A DNA stretch of 64,000 bases from Eledone cirrhosa (GCA_964016885.1 OZ024756.1:21886001-21950000); one strand, 5' to 3'. Positions 26,389 to 44,937 are shown, numbered from the stretch's first letter. Translations and numbers: made by a program. The notes: generated by a model from the letters alone, not told the origin.

Positions 26389-26647
26389 TAGAGAGATTAT
26401 GTGCGTTAATGCTGCGACAACACGCAACAATAGCAAAACCAACACAACCAACAAAAATATTAATAATAATATGGAGGAAAAAAAGTTTAGCAATGACGAC
26501 AATAAACTAGTATATTGTATATAAGTTGAAATGAACTCCAATGGGAATTATGTTTAGAAGTTGCGGCACACTCATTATAACATCGAGCGGTCTGTCATTT
26601 TAATAGCTATTACATATATAAATTGATGCCTTCGCGGGATGTGCAGA

Positions 26648-26649
<2 letters not shown>

Positions 26650-26700
<51 letters not shown>

Positions 26701-26717
26701 ATGTATATATATGTATG

Positions 26718-26757
<40 letters not shown>

Positions 26758-27029
26758 TATATATATATGTATATATATGTATATATGTATAAATATGTAT
26801 ATATATATATATATATATGTATGTATATATATATGTATATATGTGTATATATATATATATGTATAAATATGTATATATATATGTATATATATATGTATAT
26901 ATGTGTATATATATATATATGTATATATATGTATATGTATATATATGTATATGTATATATATGTATATGTATATATATATATGTATATGTATATATATAT
27001 ATGTATATATATATGTATATATATATATG

Positions 27030-27086
<57 letters not shown>

Positions 27087-27222
27087 GTGTATATAATATA
27101 TGTATATATATATATATGTATATATATGTATATATATATATATGTATATATATGTATATATGTTAGTATATGCGTATATATATATATATATATGTGTATA
27201 TATATATATATATGTGTATATA

Positions 27223-27273
<51 letters not shown>

Positions 27274-27354
27274 GTATATATATATGTGTATATATATATG
27301 TGTATATATATATATGTATATATATATCTATGTATATATATGTATATATATATG

Positions 27355-27419
<65 letters not shown>

Positions 27420-27430
27420 GTATATATATG

Positions 27431-27477
<47 letters not shown>

Positions 27478-27543
27478 GTATATATATATATGTATATATA
27501 TGTATATGTATGTATATATATATATATGTATATATATATATGT

Positions 27544-27593
<50 letters not shown>

Positions 27594-27643
27594 GTATATG
27601 TATATATATATATATGTATATGTATATATATATATGTATATAT

Positions 27644-27677
<34 letters not shown>

Positions 27678-27720
27678 ATAATATGTATATATATGTATAT
27701 ATATAATATGTATATATATG

Positions 27721-27755
<35 letters not shown>

Positions 27756-27895
27756 GTATATATATATATGTATATATATGTATATATGTATATATATATA
27801 TGTATATATATGTATATATATATATGTATGTATATATATATATGTATATATATATATAATATGTATATATATATATATAATATGTATATATATAA

Positions 27896-27937
<42 letters not shown>

Positions 27938-27955
27938 GTATATATATATATGTAT
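26650..27955. repeat. Interrupted (TA)n microsatellite
   Basis: (TA)n/(TATG)n. Confidence 0.95.
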
Positions 27956-28001
27956 AAAAGAGAAAACACAGGTAAGCATTAAGAGAAGGATTTTATCCAG
28001 A

Positions 28002-28103
28002 TATTTACGACCGTTTCATTGGTAAGTGCAACCTTATATTGTTATACTGCAAATAGCAGCCACTCAATTATAATTGTGGTTCAAAGTCCAAATTTTCAAA
28101 ATA
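28002..28103 (-). ncRNA. Type I hammerhead with U3-A8 variant core (mutated mirror copy at 28921-29022 on +)
   Basis: UAUU-UUGAAAA-U-UUGG...CCAA-U-GAAACG-gu-CGUA|AAUA. Confidence 0.6.
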
Positions 28104-28107
28104 GTGA

Positions 28108-28360
28108 GCAAACAAGACCTGGCAACTGAGGGAAAGTAACCATCAATACACCCTGAAGTAGAAAAAATTATCGACCGCGCCCCCCATACCGGAGTGGTAT
28201 GAGAAGCTGTCGATTATGCGACCTTGAGCTGTTCCACATCTTGAGTTCGAAGAATAAGTTACTCAACAATAAAATCGAAAGATCAATTTATTGTAACCAT
28301 AGACTCAAAGAGAAGTTTTCGCACTACAAATCGAACCCATTACCTCTTACTACCAACTGA
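28108..28360 (+). pseudogene. C-terminus of a PLE GIY-YIG endonuclease region (frameshifted)
   Basis: Reconstructed WQLRESNHQYTLK*K-IIDRA-PYRSGMRSCRLCDLELFHILSSKNKLLNNKIERSIYCNHRLKEKFSHYK fits the W-x-I-I-x-x-A-x-x-Y...C-x-L-C-x-x-E...LLN...E...C-x-H pattern of endonuclease-containing PLEs. Confidence 0.8.
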
Positions 28361-29362
28361 CAAACTGCATATACTTAGACTTTATACCTTCTTGTCGTAT
28401 CTAAACCCTTTTAATTACCTACAAAACCAATACCTATATCCCCCTCTTCTCCCTTATTCCTCTTCTATTTCTTCGTTTTCTTCCTTCCTTCCTTCCTTCC
28501 CTCCCCTTCCTGGCTTTTTTCTTTTCTTCTTTCTCATCCCCTTCTTTGCTTTTATTTTTGTCATTATTATCTTTATCTTTATTTGTTTTATATATATATA
28601 TATTTATCTATTTATATCCCCCCCCTCTCTCTCCCTCTCTATCCCTCCCTCCCACTAGGATCAATTTAATTCTCTTTAACTCACTACTTTCCACGACATG
28701 AAGTCTGCTATCAAAACTGACCAAGGCATCCTTCCACCTCTACCCCTCCCTCCATCTCAGTTTGTCACTCTACTTCCTACCACTTCCCCCTTCCTCTCTC
28801 CCTATACTATTCCGTTTGTCCCCTCACCTTCTGATTCCTCTCTCGCTATACTAGTAAATACAATTCCGAATAAATGTTTTTCTCTATATATTAAGAATTA
28901 TTTCAAGAGTAACTTACTCATATTATGAAAATTTGGACTGTGAACAACAATTATAATTGAGTGGCTGCTATTTGCAGTATAGCAATATAAGGTCGCACTT
29001 ACCAATGAAACGGTCGTAAATACCTGGATAAAATCCTTCGCTTAATGCTTACCTGTGTTTTTTCTTTTATACATTATACTCCAAGATTGAACGGAATTTT
29101 TACAAACTTGTGGAGTTGCCCCTAACCGTACGTTGAAACCATCCATGAAACTAGCTTTCTTAACCAAGAACTGGATCACAATAAGCAATTTTCTGCTTCC
29201 ATAACTATATATATATGTATATATATATGTATATAGATTTATAGATGTATATATATATATGAATATATATATGTATATATATTTATGTATATATATATGT
29301 ATATATATATATATATAGTGACGAAACATAAGTCAATTGCATGAACTCATAATCCTTTATTT

Positions 29363-29418
29363 ACTGCTATATATATTTCAATGATAGCCATTGAATGGCT
29401 ATGACCTCATCAGACAGT
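29363..29418 (-). ncRNA. Type I hammerhead ribozyme in a TA-embedded fragment (29318-29481)
   Basis: ACUGU-CUGAUGA-GGUC-AUAGCCAU-uca-AUGGCUAU-CAUU-GAAAUAUAUAUA|GCAGU, followed by AAUAAA. Confidence 0.75.
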
Positions 29419-29481
29419 TAGTCAGTTCTTAGATATGCCAGCTCTGTGTATATAGTGTCGATGGTATCAGAGCCTTGGGAC

Positions 29482-32090
<2,609 letters not shown>

Positions 32091-32105
32091 GAAATATGCA
32101 TATAT

Positions 32106-32353
32106 ATATTGTTATACTTTGGGAGGGTCATGTTGCCAATAAGAAACACACGCACCAGTCGCTTTCACTTCAATTTATTATAATAAATTTATAAATTTAG
32201 GAATTTATAAATTTATTATAATAAATTTTAAGTGAAAGCGACTGGTGCGTGTGTTTCTTATTGGCAACATGACCCTCCCAATGTATAACAATATCGGTTT
32301 CAACACACGTTTTCAGATAAAGAATCTTGCTAAACAAATTCAGAAATGAAATA
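32106..32353 (+). mobile_element. Family B short fold-back copy
   Basis: Inverted arms of about 90 bp folding at the aaatttataaattt palindrome, with the same 3' tail as the 22627 copy. Confidence 0.85.
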
Positions 32354-32380
32354 CATATATATACTTATATATATATATAG

Positions 32381-32413
<33 letters not shown>

Positions 32414-32417
32414 CATA

Positions 32418-32474
<57 letters not shown>

Positions 32475-32542
32475 GACGTAAAATAAGAAAATATTTTTTT
32501 AAAAAAAATTTAAAAAAAAATTTTTTTCTTACTTAAATTTTC

Positions 32543-32624
32543 ACTCCAACTAATTAGTTTCTGCAATGGGATAAAGACAGTTATGTAATCCAACTGTCGA
32601 GAATTCATTGCGTCATCAGGAAGT
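32543..32624 (-). ncRNA. Type I hammerhead, unit 1
   Basis: ACUUC-CUGAUGA-C-GCAAUG...(GACAGUU/AACUGUC hairpin)...CAUUGC-A-GAAAC-UAAUUA-GUU|GGAGU. Confidence 0.85.
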
Positions 32625-33101
32625 CTATTCTCAGTTAAGTCTCCAGGCAATGCGCGGACACTGGCGGCTCATATAAAAATAATAATAATTCGGTAGATCG
32701 AACAGCTTGCGAGGACTGAATTCTATGTACCGAAATTCTCACTGCTTCAAGTCAAATGGCCGATTCTAAAGAATCAATCACGTGACACAGAGGCTAGTTA
32801 GAAGGAATGGGATGGTAAGATGACTGACGCCTACTAACACCCCAAAAAAAATTTTTTTAGAAGTGGTTTTGATAAGTTTGCTCGACAAATCAGTGATTTG
32901 GAGATAAATATAGATAATTTAATATATCAACTAACATAAGCGCACAGATGCACGCCCATGCCAGCAAATACACAGGTTATGTCATAGTACCTAGGTGGTT
33001 CAATGCAGGAGAATGCAGAACAATAATATAAAGGACGTAAAATAAGAAAATATTTTTTTAAAAAAAATTAAAAAAAAAATTTTTTTCTTACTTAAATTTT
33101 C

Positions 33102-33183
33102 ACTCCAACTAATTAGTTTCTGCAATGGGATAAAGACAGTTATGTAATCCAACTGTCGAGAATTCATTGCGTCATCAGGAAGT
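33102..33183 (-). ncRNA. Type I hammerhead, unit 2
   Basis: Identical to unit 1. Confidence 0.85.
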
Positions 33184-33660
33184 CTATTCTCAGTTAAGTC
33201 TCCAGGCAATGCGCGGACACTGGCGGCTCATATAAAAATAATAATAATTCGGTAGATCGAACAGCTTGCGAGGACTGAATTCTATGTACCGAAATTCTCA
33301 CTGCTTCAAGTCAAATGGCCGATTCTAAAGAATCAATCACGTGACACAGAGGCTAGTTAGAAGGAATGGGATGGTAAGATGACTGACGCCTACTAACACC
33401 CCAAAAAAAATTTTTTTAGAAGTGGTTTTGACAAGTTTGCTCGACAAATCAGTGATTTGGAGATAAATATAGATAATTTAATATATCAACTAACATAAGC
33501 GCACAGATGCACGCCCATGCCAGCAAATACACAGGTTATGTCATAGTACCTAGGTGGTTCAATGCAGGAGAATGCAGAACAATAATATAAAGGACGTAAA
33601 ATAAGAAAATATTTTTTTAAAAAAAATTTAAAAAAAAATTTTTTTCTTACTTAAATTTTC

Positions 33661-33742
33661 ACTCCAACTAATTAGTTTCTGCAATGGGATAAAGACAGTT
33701 ATGTAATCCAACTGTCGAGAATTCATTGCGTCATCAGGAAGT
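33661..33742 (-). ncRNA. Type I hammerhead, unit 3
   Basis: Identical to unit 1. Confidence 0.85.
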
Positions 33743-34167
33743 CTATTCTCAGTTAAGTCTCCAGGCAATGCGCGGACACTGGCGGCTCATATAAAAATAA
33801 TAATAATTCGGTAGATCGAACAGCTTGCGAGGACTGAATTCTATGTACCGAAATTCTCACTGCTTCAAGTCAAATGGCCGATTCTAAAGAATCAATCACG
33901 TGACACAGAGGCTAGTTAGAAGGAATGGGATGGTAAGATGACTGACGCCTACTAACACCCCAAACTAATTAGTTGGAGTGAAAATTTAAGTAAGAAAAAA
34001 ATTTTTTTTTTAAATTTTTTTTAAAAAAATATTTTCTTATTTTACGTCCTTTATATTATTGTTCTGCATTCTCCTGCATTGAACCACCTAGGTACTATGA
34101 CATAACCTGTGTATTTGCTGGCATGGGCGTGCATCTGTGCGCTTATGTTAGTTGATATATTAAATTA

Positions 34168-34274
<107 letters not shown>

Positions 34275-35606
34275 ATATATATATGTATGTAGACATATTC
34301 TGATTGCTCTTTATGACAGCCAAAGCTGTCCTAGCGGAGACAACGCGAAATATGTTGAATGGACTCCATCTAACCGTGCTACCTTGTTTATTTTAACAGC
34401 TGCATACACGGTTTTGTAATTAACACATGTAGGTATTGAGTAACATATAAGATAAAGTGACGGCAACTCACTACTAATCGTTAACTGATTATTATAGGCG
34501 TCAAATTAGTTTTCTTTGAAAGGCTAACCATCCTGTGTATGAAATGAAATTGTATATAGCTGACAACAGAAATTATTGTAGCAACGAAATATCTATTATT
34601 GAGGGTCACTTGAAGTCGGCTTGACCCGCTCATTCCAGTAGTCAGACATTATGATTTAGATATGATTCTGTGTCAATATTACTGATTCAATAGAATTCTA
34701 CGAAGACACTAAATGTGCTTATTCAAGACACACCCTTGAGCATATTAGTAATATTATGGATGAATAGAATTCCGAATAGCGTGAGATCTAGAAGAAAATT
34801 CTGAAAATAGATTTCTTTGCAGTGTCAACGAAAATGTAAAATCTTTCTCAAGTAGCTTTTCAGATAGAACAATAAACCTCAGTTTTCATTGTAGAGACTT
34901 CATTGGAGACTTCTGGCGTCATTGACCCTGGGGCCACCTCCCTATTTACAATCATCGTCAAAGTGTTGGATACACGCAGGTGCTCGCCTCGCGAGTTGGA
35001 ATGTCTTTTCCAGCGCGTCTCCCTCCCTTTCCATTGGGGAAACACCTTCTATATTCTGTCCACCGGGGCCAAGGAGGGCAAGCATGTGGGTAACTCCCCC
35101 ATTTGCTCATAAAGTGAGAGGCGACAAGAGCGCGAGTGACGGAGGAGTGACAGTGGGAGTTTGGTTCCTTTGTGTTCGGGCCTGGTGTATATGTATATGT
35201 TCCACGGGTCACAGTAACGCATAAGGATGGTTTCAATTAGTTTTACTGACTGAAGTTTAGTAAACCAAATAATAATCGGTTAAACAATAATGATTTGAAC
35301 TCAAGGTGTGGTAGCTTTATAATTATGAGTGTTGAAAGCGCCATGTAGTTTTACAGGATTGCCAAGAGAAAGCGGAGATAAGGTAGACTCAGTAATTTTA
35401 ATAGTTAGACATAGGCAAAACACCTTCAAAATTGACGCATCTCGTATAAGACATATTTAATATTATATATATACATATTATGTAACTCAGTCTTAACAAT
35501 ATTTCATATTGCTTAAACTGGTTTAAACTCTCAGCGATACAACGTAACCTCCCCCTCCACGAATAAGTTTCCTAATGATCTGCCGCATATATATATATTA
35601 TATATA

Positions 35607-35650
<44 letters not shown>

Positions 35651-35709
35651 GGTATGTATATATGTAGGTATGTATATATGTATGGGTATGTATGTATATA
35701 TATATATAT

Positions 35710-35858
35710 AACGAAGGATGTATGGTAAGGAACCAGATCGACCATAACGCACCAGCGTACTCAATACTTAGGGTAGTAGAGTGGTTAATAGGAAAATGTT
35801 TGACACCAAATAGCCGTCGAAACGGCTTGAGCTCTGCCGTCGGGGTCAAACATTTTCC
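35710..35858 (-). mobile_element. Family A fold-back element
   Basis: Family A tail plus short inverted arm. Confidence 0.8.
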
Positions 35859-36309
35859 TATATATTTATACACATATCTATCTATCTATACATATATATA
35901 TAGGTTACCAAGGTATCTTTTAAGGTAATCCAGGTAGAGGATATGAATACTGTGTGTTGATTATAGTTTTAACGTACGACGTTGTTTGACTCAACAAGAA
36001 GTTTCCTTAGTCCAGTGGCCGCTTTAAGAAAGTTCCTAGGCAGGTGGTTCTTGGAGTAATAATAGCAAAAGAATGAAGAATAACAGGGTCGGCTGAACAA
36101 TAGGGTTTATGTAAATAAACTCTATTGTACAGCATTTAAATATATATATATTTAAATGCCAAGACAAACACACACACACATGTGCGTGCGTATGTATGTT
36201 TACATATACATACATATATTGATGTATGAATACATATACACACACACATATATATATACATACACACACACACACATATATATTTATACATATATATATA
36301 TATATATAT

Positions 36310-36390
36310 CACCCTTAACGGGATCTTCTGAAGATCCCGTTAAGGGTGAAAACAGAGATTCTTTGCTTAAACTTTAATCTGTTATTTTAA
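36310..36390 (+). mobile_element. Family K fold-back fragment (hammerhead-like core)
   Basis: Hairpin acccttaacgggatcttc-t-gaagatcccgttaagggt; CUGAAGA-u-CCC-guuaa-GGG-u-GAAA. Homologue at 45797-45900. Confidence 0.55.
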
Positions 36391-36682
36391 TATATATATA
36401 TATATATATTATATCACACTTCCATGTGATTCGTGAAGCGATTTAAAATGTTATTTGAATAAAAACGATCTCAGATTTTGGATAAAGGTATATAAAGTAT
36501 TCAAACCATTTTCATATACGCAAGTATGTTCTGTTTATAATTTATTGTTCTAAATTGATAGATCTTCATTTATTTGCCCTGATGTCACGTTCTATTTCTC
36601 ATCAGGCGTAATATCCGGTTTCGTTGTTTTCTAAAACACATCATGTTCTTCTTGGCAACAGCTATTGTTTTCAGGCTGCTTC

Positions 36683-38760
<2,078 letters not shown>

Positions 38761-40682
38761 TTGGTAAACTACCCAAAAGGAGATACACAGTGTCTCTCAC
38801 TCACTATGATTGGATTTCACCTGACAATATTAGGACCTTTCGCCGAAATATTCTTGAATTCATCAAGAATTTTGTTGAATTGATCTTAAATTGATATAAA
38901 TCAATAAAAACTATGAAATAACCGGTGTGAATCATTTTAGAGCATTAAGAGGAAAGACAATATCTGAAACTAACATACCCTCTACATTACATAGCAACCT
39001 ACTGTAGTGTACAAAATGTGTACTTGTTTGCAAACATATACCTGGATTAAAGCCTTCCCTATGAAAGATATAAATATCAGACCCATATACATTGGAATCA
39101 ACGAGAGAATCCATTACAAACACACAAAGACAATTATATATATATAGATAGATAGATAGATAGTGTGTGTATATATGTATACATGCAGCCACACCCATAT
39201 GTGTATATATATAGATATGTGTGTATCGTGTGTGTGTATATATATGTATATGTACACCCCCCACCCATATATATATATGCGTGTGTGTGTGTGTATGTAT
39301 ATATATATATATAAACCAACCAAACAGTGAGTGTGTTCTGTTATTAATTCTGGCAATATTACGCAAATATGACCCTCCCCAAATATAACAATATATATAT
39401 ATATATGTGTGTGTGTATGCCTCTCTCTCTCTATATATACACATATATATATATATATATATACACATGTATATATAAATATAAATATATATCTATATAT
39501 ATATCTATGGAGGAGATGTGTATATACACTCGTATTTCGATTACATAAGTTTGGACATCGTACAACAGATATCTAAGTAGATTTGTAGAAAGTCGGCATT
39601 GTCTAAAACCTATAAAGAGAACAAACAGAACGACTGAAAATTTTAAAGAAGAAAATGTCGATATATAATATAATATAATATAACAACATATTAATACAAA
39701 AATAGCGAAAATCACATTAAAAGAACACTGCCATGAAAGACTAACCTAATTGCCAGAAAAATTCTCCAGCAGTCTAGAGCAAGCAGAATGATGTTTGAGC
39801 GAAAGAAGACAAAACGTGGAGTAGCAAAATGTCAAGTCACTCAAACGTAATCATTTGTTAAATATCGAAGTCTGCTGAAAGAGTGATAAGATTATATTTA
39901 TTAGTCTGTTACCAATTCTATTCTACTATATGTATATATATAGTTTTTTAATTCTCCCTTTGAGTTAAAAGGAACAATCGGTTTCGTATTCAGATGGAAT
40001 TATCAAAGAAATTGCATAACTTTTAAACATAAAGAGGAGTTGGAAATTCACTTCAGCTAGACAAATTACTCTACTATAGTAAAACAGATATAATTCCCAT
40101 AGACGAGTAAAAAAATATATTCAGGTTAATGTATTGAAAAAATATAATAGCTATAATGTGCATGTATGTATGCATTCAGCTTACATATATGCATGTATGT
40201 ATGTATATATGTATGTATTCATGTATGTATGTATGTATTCATGTATGTATGTAATCATGCTTGTATGTATGTATGCATTCATACTTGCATGTATGTATAG
40301 TTGTATATATGTATATATTGATGTATGCCTGTATGCATGTTTGTATGTATGTATGCTTGCATGTATGTATGTATGTATGTTATGTATGTATGTATTTATG
40401 TATCTACGTATGTATGTATGTATACATACATATGTGTATTCTCCTGATTATGTTTTGCAAGGTTTTATTCAACAAAGAAAGGGTAACTTTTCAATAAGGC
40501 ACCCCATTTCTTGTATTTATAAAGAAGGTAGGTTCTCCTCATGTGTGACATATTGAGGTCAGTCTGGACTTATACTTCCAAAATAAAACTGCTGCAGACT
40601 CAATTCTATTCTTTCTATATAGAACTCCCTGTTTTTGGAATATCATTGTGGAAATTATTGTTTTCATGGGGCTTACATCTTA

Positions 40683-40870
40683 ACAATTGTTTCCACTTTT
40701 GGCACAAGGCCAGCAATTACCCCAGTGTATTACTGGTACTTTATTTTATCGACCCCGTAAGGATGAAAGGTAAAGTTAACCTCGATGGGATTTGAACTCA
40801 GACCGTAAAGGAACGTAACTATGCTGGAACGCATGGCGTCTGACCCTCTACCGATACTGTTAATTCACCA
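40683..40870 (-). mobile_element. SINE family S1
   Basis: Reverse complement of S1. Confidence 0.85.
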
Positions 40871-41099
40871 CATACATCTTAATAATGCGAGAAACATCAG
40901 ACCAATGTTTTGGGTAATATATATAGAAACAGTAATTGATTGAATTTCTTTCCTAAATTATAACCATACACTATCAACAGCAAAAACAATTACTAAATAT
41001 CTGAAACCTTTTAATAATCGTATTTAAGACTATAAACAGAATATGTCCAGCTTACATAATGATCCAGTCTGGAAGAGAAATTCCTTATCAAATAATTAT

Positions 41100-41640
41100 A
41101 ATCTGTTGGTAGAGAGTTGCTAGAGGTTCTTCAAGACGTGTGTGTAGATAACTGTGTTGATGTGTAGCTTTGAGAAAACATAGTCGTCCAACTGCTGCAA
41201 AAGATGTGACAACGCAAAACATTACTGCCTGGAGGATCTTGGCTCTGGGTATTTGCATTTCTCTAAATATTCTTCAAACACACTATCATCAGCTGGTTAA
41301 TGTCAAGCATTAATTTTCAGCAGTCAATCATAGTTTTGGCAGGGGTCACAGACAGTTACATTTTTCTCAGGATCACAAACAACGTGAAATTCTACGAGGA
41401 GATCTTTAAACAAGATTTCCTTAGTTGATATTGATTTTCTCTGCTAGCAGAATTTGTCCCCCAACAGAGGCAGAATGGTAAAGGAACCGTACTGTGATTT
41501 GCTGAATATCACATTAATCTGCATTCTTGGAAAGATAAATGTCCTGTCTTAAAGTTACCTCGTCTTCAAGAATTTAAACAGCGCACCGGATTCGTAGCTA
41601 GATCTTATCCATTTACAGTTGAAGGGCCTAAATGTAATCG
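41100..41640 (+). pseudogene. Highly decayed Tc1/mariner-like transposase remnant
   Basis: Fragments QQSIIVLAGVT (cf. PxSVMVWAG), NVKFYEEI and a degenerate SPDLNP-like segment (tcgtagctagatcttatcca) occur in the expected order, with many stops and frameshifts. Confidence 0.4.
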
Positions 41641-42400
41641 TAAATACTATTCTGATTGTTTCTTCCCTCACACATCTCACCTATAGAATTCTCTTCAGTT
41701 TTTTGCTTTCCTCACCACTACAATTTTGAAAAAGTTCAAAAGTAACATCAATCGTCATCATCTCTCTCCTTGAATTATGTATACAGAGTCTTGTTATTTT
41801 CCCTCATTTGTAACCCCTTACATGTTAGTGGTTTATTTATTTGCTTAGGGCCCTCGAAAAAGCGCAGGGAAAACATACGTGGTATAGTAAAAAAAATAAT
41901 CCAGAGCCGACTTGCCTCTATCAATAAAACGGAGCTGAGCACAATCTTCCAGGTAAGCTGCTATCATAATTGAGCACTCACAAGCCAGTGTTCCTATGTA
42001 ATGATATACATTGGTAAGCTTTGAAGCCAAAGAATCACCAGCCCGTCACTAACTGATCTGTACTCATCTGTTGAAAAATATATTTGGGTGTTTAGATTTG
42101 ACATTATAATATTTTCAAATATTGGATTTTAATGATCCCTATTATTAAAGTTATTTGCACTAAATCATACACATTCCTGATTTCAAACATTATCAATGCT
42201 TCTTAAGTCAACCGCTTTGATTATTTGTGTGTGTATATATATATATACACGCACACACACATATACATACACACACACATGGATATACATACATATATAT
42301 ATATATAGTTGCACATCGGCTGCATTCTGTGAAACTGTGCAGTTGTTTGTCTATTTGATCTTCACATATATATATATGCATACACAAACACACACAAATA

Positions 42401-42448
<48 letters not shown>

Positions 42449-43464
42449 TAAATAGAGAGAGAAAGAGACATGCATACATACAGTAGTTGAAATCGATAGA
42501 TAATCTTGTAATTAATTATGACATGTGTCATTGAGCAGTAAATATATTTCCACTAAATTAACACCGAGTCTCATCTTTTTCAAACTTGTCTCCAAGTTAT
42601 TAAATTTTCTTAGCTCAAACAAAAAATATAACTAGTCAAAATCTTGATCATTAAAATGCACTGAATGAATGTTGATCTTACATAGTTATTCACTTTGTGA
42701 GTGTATATGCGCGTAGGTGTGTGTATGTGAGTGTATGTGAGTGTATATGCGCGTAGGTGAGTGTATATGTGTGTATGTGAGTGTATATGTGAGTATGTGG
42801 GGGGGGGGGGGGTTGTGTGTGAATGTGTGTGTGTATAAGAGAGAGAGAGTGTGTGTGTGTGTCTGCGTGGACAACAGAAATGAACAAAAATTATATATAA
42901 TTTAGATCCGATTTTGATTAGAAAATAATATATTCAATTAAAAACGGACAATTTCTTTTTCTAACAAGTGAATATTTCAACCAAGCTATGAAACACATTA
43001 CGTATGCGTAAACGTAGTTTCATTATCTTTGACAGCAATTAATAAAGAAAAAAAATATATATATATAATCACACACATAAATACATACCTATAGGAATAT
43101 ATGTATATATCTGCATATGTATGTATGTATATATATATATATATATATACACATTCATAATCTCCACATATGGTTACAATTTTCTAACTGAAATAATTGA
43201 TGCCAGCAGAAATTGGAAGCTTTTAACAATTCCATGGCAAGAATAGCATTTTTTCTTTAAACAAACATATAACAAAGCGAAAGAGCATAATTAAATGAGG
43301 TCCATTATATATGGAAACGATCATAGAATTATGAGAGTGTTTCATTGTAAAATAATCTTTCAGAATCATTACATTTGACAGCAGCTTTTCTCGGACATGT
43401 TAAGTTTAAAACTAAAATGTTTCTATTACTTTTGCTTGTCACAAAGACACAAATAATACTATTG

Positions 43465-43699
43465 GCGTGGCAGAATCGTTAGAAATGCTGGAGGATATAT
43501 CGAAATAACTCGCGATATTTCTCCGGCTCTTTACGTTCTGAGTTCGTATTCGATCATAGATCAATGCCAGCATTGCTTTTTATCGTTTCATTGTCGATAA
43601 TTAAAATACCAGTCATGTATCAAGTAGTGGGATCGACATAATAGCCTTAAGCATCCTACTCGAAAATTGCTTACTTCATGGCTAGATTGTAGACCATTA

Positions 43700-43700
<1 letters not shown>
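43465..43700 (+). mobile_element. Old, diverged S1-related SINE
   Basis: tggcagaatcgttaga...ctttacgttctgagttcg...gtcgataattaaaataccagt. Confidence 0.65.
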
Positions 43701-43733
<33 letters not shown>

Positions 43734-43798
43734 TTACTTACTGTCGTAACCTCCAGATATACATCGTGAATGTACCTATTATGTGTGTGTGTATATAT

Positions 43799-43857
<59 letters not shown>

Positions 43858-44025
43858 GTGGTAGAACACTGGAAGGTAATATCCGTAGTGGTAGAGCACT
43901 CAGTCCATGGGACGAGTTAGGTAGAAGTGGTTACACAACAGTTAGTTCACCATACCGAGAACAATTGTTTCACCTTAGCGTATAACCATGTCGGTATGGT
44001 GAACGAACTAACTGTTGTGTAACCA

Positions 44026-44028
<3 letters not shown>
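43858..44028 (-). mobile_element. Family H TA-inserted fold-back element
   Basis: Arms aagtggttacacaacagttagttcaccataccga / tcggtatggtgaac(gaac)taactgttgtgtaaccactt; minus-strand GAAACAAUUGUU half-hammerhead. Confidence 0.65.
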
Positions 44029-44074
<46 letters not shown>

Positions 44075-44078
<4 letters not shown>

Positions 44079-44937
44079 GAAAATAGAGAAAGTAATGTGA
44101 GCAAGAAGCCAACAGTATTTCATAATATATGTGACTATAACGTCAAAATGGAAAGTAATTAACGTAAGATATGGGAAAATAATTCAAACTCAATTAAAAA
44201 AAAAATCAAGACAGATTTTATCCACAGATTTTGTGAAATCCATTGAAAAAAACCAATAGAGTCTTAACTCAGAATAAAATAAATTGGAAAAACTACAAAT
44301 GCTCTATATAGTCTTAAAAAGACTATTTCACGAAACTTTTCAGTGGGATTAGTCACGGTTGGAGTCGTTCCTCAGTAGAGCTCAACACGATCACCAAAAG
44401 TCCCACTGCCAAAATATGCCAGAAAGGGAATTTAAAAGAAGGCTAGTTCACCTCGTGCGGAATTATGAAAATAAACACACATGAAGAGACATGGCTGGTG
44501 ACGTCAGAATGAGACGAATGTCTATTTACAAGAAACAGCAGTCAAAAACAATCCGAAAAAACTTTACAAAATGTAAGGATTTCAGCAAAATAGCAATATT
44601 ATCGCGGTTTAAAAAAAAAAAGACCGGGATTAGTCACAAAAAATTTTAAGCACTCTCGGAAAAATACCGAGTATAAATATAAATGAAAATAGAGAAATTA
44701 ATGTGAGCAAGAAGCCAGCAGTATTTCATAATATATAAGTGACTATAACGTCAAAATGGAAAATAATTAACGTAAGATATGGGAAAATAATTCAAACTCA
44801 ATTTTAAAAAAATCAAGACAGATTTTATCCATAGATTTTGTGAAATCCAGGGAAAAAAACAATAAAGTCTTAATTCAGAGAAAGATAAAGTTTAAATACT
44901 CATCCTTCAATTTTGAAAAACTACAAATGCTCTATAT
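44075..44937 (-). mobile_element. Family J element with about 235-255-bp direct terminal repeats (pseudo-LTR / retrozyme-like)
   Basis: 44075-44309 is repeated at 44681-44937; a hammerhead straddles the inner boundary of the first repeat. Confidence 0.8.
44301..44381 (-). ncRNA. Full type I hammerhead with long stem III
   Basis: GCUCUA-CUGAGGA-ACGA...UCGU-GAAA-UAGUCUU-uuu-AAGACUA-UA|UAGAGC. Confidence 0.85.

Larger units (their letters stand above)
27951..29205 (+). mobile_element. 5'-truncated Penelope-like retroelement with an inverted pseudo-LTR
   Basis: Inverted arms (about 27951-28110 and 28913-29073) enclose an endonuclease-region ORF remnant and a pyrimidine-rich 3' UTR; TA flanks. 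Confidence 0.85.
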
